Made by a program: the position numbers and the translations under genes
DNA from: Mytilus edulis
Taxonomy: Eukaryota
DNA: 64,000 nucleotides
Assembly (NCBI RefSeq): GCF_963676685.1
Contig: NC_092356.1
Span: forward strand, 61,814,001-61,878,000
Direction of reading: 5' to 3'
Shown: positions 1 through 12,491 of the stretch, piece by piece
How positions within the stretch are numbered: position 1 is the stretch's first letter
Layout of the letters: every line of letters begins with the position of its first letter
Notes under the pieces: generated by a model
What the model was told of the DNA's origin: nothing
Database searches by the model: none
What the model saw: only the letters and a program-made list of their open reading frames with translations

Positions 1-306
1 TGAGCACATGTTTAACATGTAAATTCAGATAATAGTTTATTTTAAGGACATCCATGCGTATTGCGATCACCGGATTTTTACGAGACGGGTCACACTGAGG
101 TCACTTAACATACGGAAAATATGTCGGGGAAATTGCTTCTTGGAACGAAAGCAATTAAAATAAAGTAAACTTCTTCTAAATATGAATAAATTAGAGAATT
201 TTCTTCAGAAAAAGGTATATGTACATAAGCTTTATAATGAAAACTATCCATTGAGTTATAAAAAAACATATGCATTATTTTTTTTTATTTGAGATTTCTT
301 ATGACT
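1..306. mobile_element. Right part of a TTAA MITE (same element as 45868-46441)
   Basis: Ends tttcttatgact|ttaa; near-identical to 46135-46441. Confidence 0.8.
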
Positions 307-1157
307 TTAACTGTCCTCAAGTGTTACAATTGCCTACCAGAATGTTTAATTAATACACACACGCCTTGTCCCTTGGTCTGAGTACAAACAGATTTTATTG
401 GTTTTTTTATTTATCCAAATAATTAGTGAGTATGCCCATACATGTAATAACTTGCATTTCGAAACAAATTATCTTATCGCCAATGTTGTTCATTCTTCAA
501 AATCACAACACCAGAGATATGATAACATTGCAACAAATGTTATTAATAAACAAATAAGCTTTATATTAATTCAAAATTGGTTCAAATTAAGAAGACACAA
601 TATAAATTCTTTATAGCCTTTGACTGCGAACATTAAGAGTTTAGGAGAAGTGCTATTCAATAAAGTACATTTGTGAATTGTAAAATGTATTTCGAAATGC
701 CTCCAAACATGATAGAATTTTGTGCTTAACAAATGATACACCAGTATTTTACATTGACTGTTTATCTGTAAAGGTTTACTCTGAGTATCGGTGAAATTTG
801 ATTATGCTAGAAGCCTAACAATATCTTCTGCTTTTTAATATTAAATGTGTGCCATAATTTGTAAACTAACTTATAATAAATTATTCTCACCTGTAATTCT
901 CATCGGAATTGTCTTCCTTTGCCTTTGCTGGTCTTTCACCTTTTGGTAGGAACCTTCAAGGATAAAAAATTTTGTTTTATATACATGTATATATATCTTT
1001 GGATCAAATTAAAATATGATTTTTCACTTATCATTCTATATTATTCGTTTTTGCTTTATTGAGCATTTTATCACTTTTATTTGTAAGAAAGGGAAAAACA
1101 TTTATCCAAACCCACAGAACATAAATTGCAATGCATTAGAAGGTAGACACTAATAAT

Positions 1158-1450
1158 TAACAAGAATGTGTAAATAGTACACGGTTGTCTCACTCGCTCT
1201 ATTATATTCTATGTTCAGTGGACCTGACATTTGGGCCAAAACTCTAATTCGGCATAAAAAATTAGAAAGATTATATCATAGGAAACATGCCGTCCGGTCT
1301 AAGTTACAAGTTGATTGGACTTCAACTTCATCAACAACTATATTGCCAAAATATTTAACCTGAAGCTGGACAGATGAATAGACTTACAAACGGATGAATG
1401 AAGGAGGGACGCACAGACCAAAAAATCATAAGGCCAATAAATGGAAACTA
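1158..1450. mobile_element. Short decayed Helentron-type (pearl/MgE-like) element; second copy at ~47288-47590
   Basis: Starts aacaagaatgtgt..gtacacgg, has one satellite monomer, a decayed GACG-type microsatellite and gacgcacagacca end; homologous to 58563-59585. Confidence 0.6.
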
Positions 1451-1468
1451 TGATTATAAACACTCTTT

Positions 1469-2456
1469 AAAACCAGGTGCTCCGCAGGGTGCAGCTTTAT
1501 ACGACCCCAGTGGTTGAACCCTGAACAGTTGGGACAAATTTGGTCACAATATTCAAGCTTGATTCTGTCTGAATTTGGATTGTGATCAAATTTTTGAAAT
1601 AATATAGGTTTTTGTCACAAAATTAATGTGGTCAAAGATCTAACAAATCTATTGCACAATACTGTGCAATTGAAGATTTCTTCTTGAAACTTTTCAGAAT
1701 TCGAAATTTGAAGCCCTTCAAAAAATGGTAAACAAACCCCCCCCCCCCCCCCCAACTTTTTGAAACCCCCTTGGAGTAATAACCCTTAAACTCAATCCCA
1801 TGCTTTCCATTGCAGTATTGAACCTTGTAGTACAATTTCAGAGAGATCCATACACTTAAACACAGGTTATTGTCATGATTGTTTGGAAACTAGGAACATG
1901 CTTCTTTTTGGCCCTTTTTTTGGCCCCTAATTCCTACATATCTTGGGCAATTAACCCAAAACTTAATCCCTGCCTCCCCTTTTTTATATGGTACATTGTG
2001 GTACAATTTTAGAGAGATCCATACAATTACACATAAGTTATTGTCTTGAAACTAGAAAAATGCTTGTTTTGACCCCTTTTTGGCCCTTAATTCCTAAACA
2101 TTGGCCCCATAACCCCTAAAATGAATCCAAACCTTTTACTTGTGGTTTTAAACATTGCGGTATGATTTCAGAGCAATTGAAATACTTCTACACAATTTAT
2201 TATCCTGAAACTAGTAAAATGCTTGTTTTGGGCCCCTTTTGGGCCCCTAATTCCTAATCGGTTGTGACCATCATCCCCAAAATCAATCCCAACCTTCCTC
2301 TTGTGGTATTGAACCTTCTGAAAAAATTTCATGAAGATCTATTCACTTAAACTAAAGTTATTATCCCGAAACCAATGTGTCTTCGGACGACGACGACGCA
2401 GACAACGACATCATACCATTATACGATCCCAAAATTTTTTTGGGGTCATATAAAAA
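1469..2456. mobile_element. Helentron-type non-autonomous element with ~160-bp internal tandem repeats
   Basis: Present in units 1 and 3, absent from units 2 and 4; inserted in an A-run; (GAC)n microsatellite and terminal hairpin near the right end. Confidence 0.7.
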
Positions 2457-3261
2457 TCTGTATTAACCTGGTTGTATCATCATCTGACTCATCACTGTCT
2501 GATTCAAACAAGGCAGAGAACTCTTCCTTTTCTGCAGCTGTGGCCGTCTGAAGTACTTTGGGTCCTTTTGGTCTTTCAATAATCGGTATATTTGCCTCAG
2601 CCTTAGAGAGTCCCTAAAATATAAAAGCGTATTGTTTATTTGGAATCATTACAATTGCTGTATTGATTATGATAGATGTATGATGCAGGGAAAACATGCA
2701 GAAGAGAACAAAGTCAGTTTTATTTTATATCTTTATCAGATATACCAATTTGATGGTAGATTATAATTTCAGCAATTCGTTTAATACAAGTTGATATTTG
2801 AGATAATGATATATCAGGAATTGTAGTATTAGAAACTTCTGGATCGTTCTATAATTAATGCATATCATTACCACTTTCATCATAAAAAGTTCTGATATTT
2901 ATTTGAATATATATTAAACTGTTAAAAGCGTAAAAACAAAACGTTCTGTTTAATACAAGGACTGTAGTCCAAATTTACAAATTAAAAAAAGACCCTGTTA
3001 ATTGTAATATGAAGGAACATTATGAGGTGAACAAAACTAGTGTCCTATTTTGATTAACCTGCATCTGGATTCTTAACAAATTCTTATCATTAGCTGACCT
3101 GTTCTTAAGCAGCAATCTGGTACTGCAATTCTCTGTCTCGTAGCTTCCTCCATGTGGTGAAGTATTTACCTAATGGAGTACCAATATTCTTACACTGTTG
3201 TTCCCATGCTGTCTGTAAAAGAGTAGAATTATAATTGTTTAAATTATTTCATTTAGTTTGT

Positions 3262-3560
3262 ATACAACTACTACAACAAGATGTTCACAAAGTATAAATA
3301 CACCAACAACAACACCATTTACACCAAGTATAAATATATCAACAACAACAAGATCTTCACCGATAATGCATAAATGAACAATGACTATAGCTCCACCAAG
3401 TATAAATACATGATCAACAAGATTATTTCCAAGCACAACATTAGTAAGATCTTCTCTTAGTATAAATACATCAACAAAAAGATCATCACAAAATGCAAAT
3501 TTATATACATCAACAACAACAAGATCTTCAGAAATTACAAATGAATCAAACGCAACAAGG
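3262..3560. repeat. Degenerate ~33-36-bp CAA-rich minisatellite beside a NOC2L splice acceptor (also ~22977-23275, ~49405-49700, ~59812-60110)
   Basis: Recurring aagtataaatacatcaacaacaacaagatcttc. Confidence 0.75.
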
Positions 3561-4939
3561 ATATATTATTTTTGGCAAATTTCCAATGGAATTTATTAAT
3601 AACTAAGTTTTTGGCAAATTTCCAATATACTTAATTTAAGAGCAGTTTAGGTGAGCTATTAAAATGAGTTTCAATTACCGACCTTACACTGCTTTTAAAT
3701 TATGTTTTGTACTTAAGTAATTGTCCATTAACCTGGAAACCCTTTTCCCCCCTTTTTTGCACCTTATTCCAACGGTTTTAATAACCGGTCCTAAATATTA
3801 AAAATCTAAATACATGGTTAGATTCAGCATATTGAAGAACCCCATATATTGAATTTTTGTTGAAATCAAACAGTTTAATTTTGGACCCAGATTTGACCAA
3901 CTTGAAAACTCAGCCCATAATCAAAAAACTAAGTACATGTTTAGATTCAGCATATCAAAGAACCCCAAGAATTCAATTTTTGTTATAATCAAACTAAGTT
4001 TAATTTTGGACCTTAATGTAATCCAATTTGAAAACGGGACCAAAAATTAAGAATCTAAATACACGGTTAGATTCGGTATATCAAAGAACCCCAATAGTTC
4101 AATTTTTGATGAAATGAAACAAAGTTTAATTTTGGACCCTTTTGGCCCCTAATGCGTTGGGACCAAAACTCCCAAATCAATCCAAACCTTCCTTTTGTGG
4201 TCATAAACCTTGTGTTTAAATTTTCATAGATTTCTATTAACTTATACTAAAGTTATTTTGCAAAAACCAAGAAAAATGCTTATTTTGGGACCTGTTTTTG
4301 GCCCTAAACTATTGGGATTTAAACTCCCAAAATCAATCCCAACCTTCTTTTTGTGGTCAAAGACCTTCTGTTAAAAATTCATAGATTTCTGTTTACTTAT
4401 TCTAAAGTTATTGTGCGAAAACCAAGAAAAATGCTTATTTGGGCTCTTTTCGGCCCCTTATTCCTAAACTGTTGGGACCATAACACCCAAAATCAATCCC
4501 AACCTTCCTTTTATCATCATAAACCTTGTGTTTAAATTTCATAGATTTCTATCTATGACGCCAAAGTGATACCAATATACAACCAAAAATTTTTCAATTT
4601 TTGCGTTCGTATAAAAACAACATGTAAACATTTAATGCGTCCGAGGCATTTTTCTGGATTAACCTTCATGTGGAAGCTTCAAAGCCGAATATTTGAAAGC
4701 CAAAGATGCATAAAACAGAAACATTTTAAGAGCTATTTAATAAAAAAAAATTCCTAAAATAATAGCCAAATCCTTGACCTTCTAAGGCCAACTCAGCCTG
4801 ATGGAGTTCAAACCTGATTGAGTTTCTTTAATAATGAATACAAAATTTATAAACAGGCAAATTTAGAAAGGTTCTTTGTTATTCACGGCAGTTCAAAAGA
4901 GCTGATTTCTGATCTCATGGTACCCTCTGGAACTGATCC

Positions 4940-5134
4940 AATATAGCGGGTTATTTTCGCGGGTGTAAAATCTCGTTGAATAAGGTATACAAAATATTTT
5001 GGCAGTTATTAATTTTGCGGAATTAAAACTTTTATCAATACCTTTGCATGTACATTTATAATTTGACGATTTTGTTCTACCCGCAAAAATAATTAAAAAA
5101 TTTACAACCCACAAAAATTACCCGCTATACAGTA
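4940..5134. mobile_element. ~190-bp TIR MITE (also ~25748-25928, ~51060-51257, ~62620-62815)
   Basis: tatagcgggttattttcgcgggtgtaaa ... tttacaacccacaaaaattacccgctatacagta inverted ends. Confidence 0.7.
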
Positions 5135-5974
5135 GTCCACCTGAAGATGTATTAACCCAGTGATGTAACAAAGTGTATAAATGTAATGCGCCACTCACAA
5201 GTGCTTTTCTGGATTAACCTTGATCAGGAACACTTAATCCTCTTTTTGAAAAGTACAGTGGTGTGAACAACATATGTTGAACTGTTAAAAGAAGCATATT
5301 CTAGTTTCTAATTCGTTGAACTTTCTTAGCAAGAAATATTGGAAAGTTGAAACCAAGTAGAAATAAGAATAAATATTGCCAATAAAATGCCTGAACCACC
5401 TGAATAATATTTGGTCTGTTGCCTCTTTATTTTGGTATCTGGTCTGTTGATTATAGATACGATTCTCAAATTTATGGACTACTTTGAGTGTAAATCATAC
5501 TAGTCTTTTTATTTCAAAACCCATCCCTGATTTTACCCTGTTCTAATCTAATTGAGTTGTCCTTCATTGAACAGAAAATTGCAGTTCTTCATTGAAATAG
5601 TCAAATACAAAATTTCTATCAAAATTTAGGTTAGGAAAATGAATAGTTTGTATGTTTTTTTTAACTTAGCACTTAGCATGGATTCAAAATGGTTTCTACC
5701 TTTAAATTATGATATAGCCTATGAGATTTAAATAAATAAATATATAGATGTTATTTGGTTTTTCATGTCAATGAGATGCTCATGATCACTATCTAAATTC
5801 CTATTAGTCAATATTTACATTTATTCATATAGTTAATATAACACAAGATAATTTTAACTAAATACATTTAAATTGTAAACATTGTAAAGATAAGATAGTA
5901 AAGCAATTCAAACATTGCTATTTATAGACGTTGGGCACAAGGAAGTAAAAAAATCAATTCAGACATCTTTAAAA

Positions 5975-7216
5975 ATGGCCTTTGCAAGTTCTTTACAAAA
6001 AGGACAAATTCCAGTAGGATGTGAAATATGCCAAGGTAAAAATAAGATTGAATTCAAATGTCTGGACTGTAACATTTTAATGTGCAGTGGCTGCAAAGAT
6101 AGAGTCCACTTAAAAATTGCAAAAGATCATCAGATAACAGATATAAAAGAAATAGGAAAACGTGTTATTTTCAGTGAAATTAAGTGTGAACACCATACAG
6201 GACAAGCATGCTGCCTTTTCTGTCAAACATGTAAAACATTTATCTGTCTGAAGTGTGTAGCTAAAGTTCATAATGGACACGAGTTGATTGAAGAAGAAGA
6301 CTATAATGAAGGCAAAGTAGAAATGAAGCCAAAACAGCAGAGTAAGATTGAGTTTGAAATATCCAAAGAATATACAACAGATCTTACCTCTATTCACAAT
6401 ATAGCAGTATGTTCTGATGGTACTATGTGGATGGGGGATAATGCCAGATCAAAGTTACAACATGTCAAACTTAAAGAGAATAGAACTGAAGTAATAACAA
6501 GTCAAAACACTAAGATTTATGGAATGGCAAAAACTCATTCAAATAACATTCTTGTTACAACAGATGTGACCAAACTCAAACTAATCAACACTATGACAGG
6601 ACAGATGACAGATTCCAGGTATGATGTAACACCATTGTATCCAGTCAGTATCCATGTAACCAGTGATCACAGGGTCATCATAGGAGCCAAGACTGGAGGT
6701 AAACCATTCCCTGCCACAGGAAGACGTGTAGTGGTGGTAATGGATCAGGAAGGAAAACAACTAAAGGAATATGAACATGACAAACATAACAAACGATTAT
6801 TCACCTACCCTCGACGTGTAACAAGTACCAGTAATGGTAACATCTGTGTGGTGGACATGTTAGATAATGATGGCAGAGGTAGAGTGATAGTGTTATCACC
6901 AGGAGGAGACGTAGTAGGGGTATACACTGGTCACCCTGATGTCAACACTGAGGAGAAACCATTTAAACCTCATGGAATACTTACAACACCATCAGATAAT
7001 ATTGTTCTTACAGATATGGACAATCATTTATTACATATACTGACTGACCAAGGACAAAGTATTACCTACTACAACCTCAGTGACATGGGGATCTTATATC
7101 CATTCTACCTATCTCTGTCAACATCAGGAACTATCTATATTGGATGTACTAGTAAAGCAGGAAGTCCAGACACTACAAAGGCCAAACTTTATGAGTTGGA
7201 ATATTCTGGAATCTAG
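5975..7216 (+). CDS. B-box/B-box + NHL-like beta-propeller protein (TRIM-NHL-like, no RING or coiled coil), 413 aa, nested antisense in a NOC2L intron
   Basis: ATG at 5975 (the ORF-track start is a TTG; likely splice acceptor tttatag at 5927). Zn motifs CEIC..CLDC..CSGC..H..H and CEHH..CQTC..CLKC..HNGH, followed by NHL-like repeats (e.g. FTYPRRVTSTSNGNICVVD, FKPHGILTTPSDNIVLTD). Confidence 0.92.
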   Translation: MAFASSLQKGQIPVGCEICQGKNKIEFKCLDCNILMCSGCKDRVHLKIAKDHQITDIKEIGKRVIFSEIKCEHHTGQACCLFCQTCKTFICLKCVAKVHNGHELIEEEDYNEGKVEMKPKQQSKIEFEISKEYTTDLTSIHNIAVCSDGTMWMGDNARSKLQHVKLKENRTEVITSQNTKIYGMAKTHSNNILVTTDVTKLKLINTMTGQMTDSRYDVTPLYPVSIHVTSDHRVIIGAKTGGKPFPATGRRVVVVMDQEGKQLKEYEHDKHNKRLFTYPRRVTSTSNGNICVVDMLDNDGRGRVIVLSPGGDVVGVYTGHPDVNTEEKPFKPHGILTTPSDNIVLTDMDNHLLHILTDQGQSITYYNLSDMGILYPFYLSLSTSGTIYIGCTSKAGSPDTTKAKLYELEYSGI

Positions 7217-9209
7217 TGGTCACAAGGTCCAAAACAAAATTGATAAAAGACCTGATAGCAAACGAAATGGATTTGGAAGAACTGATATACTGAGAAATAA
7301 AAGGACAGACCAAACAGAATTTGACAAATTAATCTCTAAGAATTAAAGAACAAACGGATATATATTGTAAGCATATTTATCATTTTTGTAATACGATAGT
7401 TCACAAGGTGACACTACATGACAAGTCACTCTAGCCAGACACATTTTACTTAGCCATCACTACTAAATTCAGGTTGATTACCTGATAGGCAGCAAAGACC
7501 AAGTTTTAATTATCACCTGACATGAGCATACTACCAAGAGACACAAATTAGCTATAAATTCATGAGCTTCAATATTTTTATGTTAAACAAATACAAATAC
7601 AAATAATTTTATTTTGCAATGAGCGCCCCAAAGGAGCAGAAATATAACAACTTACAATAGCTTTGTCATCTGAGATACTGAAGGACACAGATTTTCTCCT
7701 GTCTGTAATAAACTTTGATGTCTCCTGAACTTTATCCACTATCTGTTTTATTTGTTTACAGTAGTTTGCTATTTTACATTTCTTCAGGAATTCCTTCATC
7801 TGAAATTCATACAATTAATATTTTTTTTACAATTTCAAAGAAAAAAGTAATTAATCTTTTGCAGATTTTGATAATGTATATAATGCAGTAGCAGTAAAAT
7901 TATTTTTCTTTGCATTATTAACAAATGCAGTGTGTTTACACTTTTAAATTATATGTTAAATTAATAACAAATGTCAAAAACAATTTATGTGGTTTTCTGG
8001 TTTGTATTGTTTCATATTGGGTTGAGGTGGAGCCTTTAATAGATGACTATACAGTATGTGTTTTGCTCATTGTTAAAGGCCATACAGTAAACTATAGTTG
8101 CATTAAGGCACATTATTTGGACATGGGTCGATACATTTTACACATAGAATATTTCTATGATATCTATTTGTTACATAATAAAAAATATACACCTCTTGCA
8201 AAAATATTCAATAATAATTGTTGTGTATTGTTTTCCATATTCATTAGGAATAGATGGTCTTTTTCAAAAGAGAGTTCCTGTCATCTTTTTTTATATAAGT
8301 ACTGATCAGATGATTATATAAAAAAAAATCGTAAGGTTTCCGCTGAACCCACTGTCTATCGCCTACTTTTTTTTTTTTTACAAAATTTACTTCTGGATAC
8401 TGTCTTTATGATCATAGACAAGGTTCTGCTCAATTTTGGTAGAAATCCAGGACAGTTTAAGAAAGTTGTTAACATTTCAAAAACTTTAACCACAGAGTGA
8501 ATATTTGTGGACTCTGCTGCTGCTGCCGAAGGAATGTAGGATCGCTATGTCTTGCTTTTTCGACAAAATTCACAAGCAACTAAAAGAGATAATTCAGGAT
8601 ATTAATTATCAACCATGAATATTTGACAATAAATGAAAACTTGTTGAATTATAAAGTTTGAAGCATCATTCAACAAATTTGAAATATAGAAAAATAGCCC
8701 TTATTAAACTACCTGAAGTATTGATGGTAAAACCAGTTCAGGAAAACCAATCTTATGAGCATGGATGTTAAAATGGTCCATAAATAGTTCATATAACTGG
8801 TCAATGATGCCATCCTGAAAAATAATGTTACAGTTACCTCCCTTTGTACAGACAATACACAAAGCAAATCTTAAAAGTGTAAAAAAACAAACATTTATTA
8901 TTGACATAAATATTCAGCGAATAAATAAAAATATATACATAAACAGTGATACATATTGAGAGTTCTTCTGACTGATAATTTATGATTTTCTAAGGTCTGC
9001 TTTTATATGTAGATATTGCTGTATTAAGACTGTATTCACTACATTTGGTTAGCTTATTAGCATTTCATCAGTTGTATATAGTATTGATGTTATTTAAGTT
9101 TGTACATAGTGTGCTGTGTTTTATTATAATTTCGTATATGACTCGCTTCTTTGGCTTTGTAAACAACACCTTGATAAAATTATCGATATATCAAATTATC
9201 AATACTTAT

Positions 9210-9643
9210 TTTTGTCCATCTGATGAGTTAAGCCTTTTTCAACTGATTTTTATAGTTTGTTCTTATGTTGTACTGTTATACCACTGTCCCAGGTTAGGGG
9301 AGGGTTGGGATCCCGCTAACATGTTTAACCCCGCCACATTATTTATGTATGTGCCTGTCCCAAGTCAGGAGCCTGTAATTCAGTGGTTGTGACACGTTTG
9401 TTTATGTGTTACATATTTGTTTTTCGATCGTTCATTTTTTTATATAAATAAGGCCGTCAGTTTTCTCGTTTGAATTGTTTTACAATGTCTTATCGGGGCC
9501 TTTTATAGCTGACAATGCGGTATGGGCTTTGCTCATTGTTGAAGGCCGTACGGTGACCTATAGTTGTTAATGTCTGTGTCATTTTGGTCTCTTGTGGGCA
9601 GTTGTTTCATTGGCAATCATACCACATCTTCTTTTTTTTATAT
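9210..9643 (+). mobile_element. Abundant interspersed repeat, probable Penelope-like 3' terminal fragment (also ~30068-30502; reversed at ~39165-39460)
   Basis: Three well-conserved copies in two orientations; homologous to the distal non-coding part of the RT-like relic at 18560-19670. Confidence 0.55.
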
Positions 9644-10387
9644 TAGCTAAACTTAGCGCAGACTAAGAGATATAAATAATAATGGATGTTAAAATATACA
9701 TGTACCTCTTACATAAATCCACATGTATCAAAACCTATTTGCAATTTATTAGAATGTTTAATTACTAAGCTTTATCTAACAGGGAGTAAAAAGGAACAGA
9801 CACATAGTGCTTTATTATAAGATTTAATTAGCTTAGATTGTGTGTTTAACTTTGGTTTGTTAACATTTAGTTTGCAATGAAATTGTCGAATTCTCCTAAA
9901 TATGTTTTTCATGTGTTGTAATAATCTGGTAGTTCTCATAAGATCAATCTAATTGCAGAAACATCTTTATCTCATTAATATAATCAAAAGTATTTCTTAA
10001 TATTTTTGTATTTTGTTCATAATCCTCAATTAACAATACTACAAAATGTATGAGTAAATAATTCTAGATCTGAGGCAAGATACAACTTAGAATGCATGAG
10101 GTTCTAGGACAGGATGATCTCTAATGTCAAAAAATACTTTCATGAAGCCCGTTATTCAAATAAAATTATAATTCAATTCATTAATAAAAAATAATATTTT
10201 TTAAACAACAATGTGTTACCTTAAAGGATTTCTCCACCAGCTGTGCTTTAGATAACTTCAAAATACAGGCAAAATTCAATGGTTTGAAACTGATACTTTT
10301 ATGCTTCTTGTTGAAGTCTGTCAGCTCAAAAACCTGCAAATAAATATTTTCAATACATTGTTTATTTTTTTTAAAAGGTCACATGTC

Positions 10388-10905
10388 AATGTTAATTATA
10401 TGGTAAAGTATCACTATGAGTTATCTCCCTTATGAATGTATCACTGAGTCAAAACACGAGTTATCTCCCTTATAAATGTTAATTATATGGTAAAGTATCA
10501 CTAAGTCAAAACTTAACGAGTTATCTCCCTTATAAATGTTAATTATATGGCAAAGTATCATTAATCTCCCTTATGAATGTATCACTGAGTCAAAACACGA
10601 GTTATCTCCCTTATAAATGTTAATTATATGGTAAAGTATCACTAAGTCAAAACTTAACGAGTTATCTCCCTTATAAATGTTAATTATATGGCAAAGTATC
10701 ATTAAGTCAAAACTCAATGAGTTATCTCCCTTATAAATGTTAATAATATGGTAAAGTATCACTTAGTCAAAACACAACGAGTTATCTCCCTTGTATATGT
10801 TAATTATATGGTAAAGTATTACTACGTCAAAACACGATTTATCTCCATTATAAATGTTGGTATCACAAAGTCAAAGAACAAGGAGTATTCTCCCTTATGA
10901 ATTAA
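10388..10905. repeat. 60-bp tandem repeat just 5' of the first retained NOC2L exon (shorter array at ~31248-31560)
   Basis: gagttatctcccttataaatgttaattatatggtaaagtatcac recurs at 10458, 10518, 10599, 10659, 10719, 10779. Confidence 0.9.
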
Positions 10906-12491
10906 AGTGATGACAAATGACTGATCTCCCTTCTTTAACAAATGATTTGATGAGCAGGAAAAATGAGAGCAAAATATTGAGTTATTTTCCTTCCTGGATA
11001 ACAATTGAGCAAGTCCTAAAAAATCAAAAGATGCAAGCAAAAAATGGAGTTATCTCTTTTTTCTTTTTTACAAAGCAGCAATTTGTTTCAAACCTAGATT
11101 GTTTCCATTTATACTATTTCATTTTGTATTATTTCTACTAAATAATTTTGTATCATTTGTACTATACTATTTTGTATTACTTATAAATTTTCCATTTGTA
11201 TTTTTTTTTACTATAATTTAGTTTCAAATTAGTTTGAATTCTTTTTATCCAATAATGGAAATGAGAATCAAGTAGGCAACCAATTTTACTTATAATATTT
11301 TTTGTCAGAGCTTTTATTTTATGTAGTCCTATTAGGTTCCAAATGTTTAGAAATTAGCTATCTACTAGGTACAGTCAGTGTATAGAAATTAGACTCAAGA
11401 AGGTACCAAAGTACACAAAAGACAGATCCTTGAGGGTATCCAAAAGTAAAGACATTTTTTATTCAAGAACTTTAGAAACTTTGATTATGTGTGAAAAGGA
11501 CATTCCTCAATGAAATGATGAAGACACTATTTATAGACAACCCCTTTGATCAATTAGCACAATGTGAAAATTGTCAATCATTGATGCTTTGTTTTATGGA
11601 AACCTAATTAAGTTATGATCAGTTGTTAATCTATATGTTATAATATACTTTTAGTATTTATATATCTATATTATATGTAAACAAATACATTTGTCTTGTA
11701 TGCATATTATATATAATTAATTACGAGTGTTAATAAAAGTAGTTTTAAAAAATCAAATTTGCAACATTTATTGACAAAAAAATTAAAAGGCATTGTCATT
11801 TAAAAATAACATCACAAAATCTCATAGTTTCTGCTTTCTTTATCTCTAATCTAACCTGAGCTGTTTGTATGATTTTGTTTTCAAATTAAACGAATAAAAA
11901 AAGCTGCCTGATAACATCAATGAAAAAAAAAAAACACACGCTAAAAATGCATGCACCCGACACAAATAAGTCAGGAACACTCAGTGCCGAATATTTGAAA
12001 GCCAATGATGCTTAAGAATCGAAATAGTTGAAGAGCTATATGAACCTAGACAATTAGCCAAATCCATTTAGACAGAAATGCAACAACACAGTACAAAAAC
12101 CATCAACCGTTATTTTGTTGTCCAAGTTGTCTGGAATAATGATATTTGTTACAAACAACTCTCCACGGGACGTTTTCATAAAAAAAATTTGCAGTCTAGG
12201 TTATTGAAGTGTTTACAAATAATGTTAATTCAAGTTTACGTTGTAATGTAAAGTTTAAGATGTACAATGATATATGTGACATGTTATCACAAAACAAGCT
12301 TTTTAAAGATCTTAAGATCCTATACCAAGTCAAGAAAATGGAAGATATCATCTCATAGTTATTTCTTTGTGTGTTGTATTGTCGTTAGATTTTTTTTACA
12401 CTTCAGTATTTCTGTTGTTTCGTTTTGTCCCTCTTATAGTTTAGTAAGTGTTTCCTTCAGATTAAGTTTGAAATAAAGAACGAAAAGACGC

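Larger units (their letters stand above)
891..10333 (-). pseudogene. NOC2L: NOC2L 3' fragment, unit 1. Exons 10220-10333, 8713-8814, 7656-7799, 3099-3212, 2468-2613, 891-953; last exon expected left of the window; in-frame TAA at 3105-3107
   Basis: GT-AG exons with compatible phases translate to VFELTDFNKKHKSISFKPLNFACILKLSKAQLVEKSFK / DGIIDQLYELFMDHFNIHAHKIGFPELVLPSILQ / MKEFLKKCKIANYCKQ...SDDKAI / TAWEQQCKNIGTPLGKYFTTWRKLRDRELQYQIAA*EQ / GLSKAE...DDDTT / RFLPKGER..., recognisable as the NOC2L C-terminus (GFPELVLP, CKxANYC, WRKLRDRE). No upstream NOC2L exons seen in 10334-20131. Confidence 0.85.

Noticed and set aside
3055-3098. Alternative donor GCAG|gttaat 40 nt past the 114-bp exon
   Set aside because: The extension runs into an in-frame stop; the 114-bp exon fits the expected phase.
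3239-3436. Hydrophobic 65-aa ORF recurring in all four units
   Set aside because: Antisense translation of a CAA-rich intronic minisatellite, non-ATG start; recurrence is explained by the duplication.
6110-6397. Minus-strand ORFs overlapping the B-box/NHL genes (also 26899-27189, 27376-27722) and 3' overlapping ORFs 7080-7346, 27941-28165
   Set aside because: Shadow frames of the real CDS; no recognisable motifs.
9218-9250. CTGATGAGTT...AAC as a possible hammerhead
   Set aside because: No GAAA box or cleavage stem follows (reads aactgattt).
11370-11560. Coding-looking tract as a missing upstream NOC2L exon
   Set aside because: No NOC2L-like peptide or splice pair recognised; indels between units.
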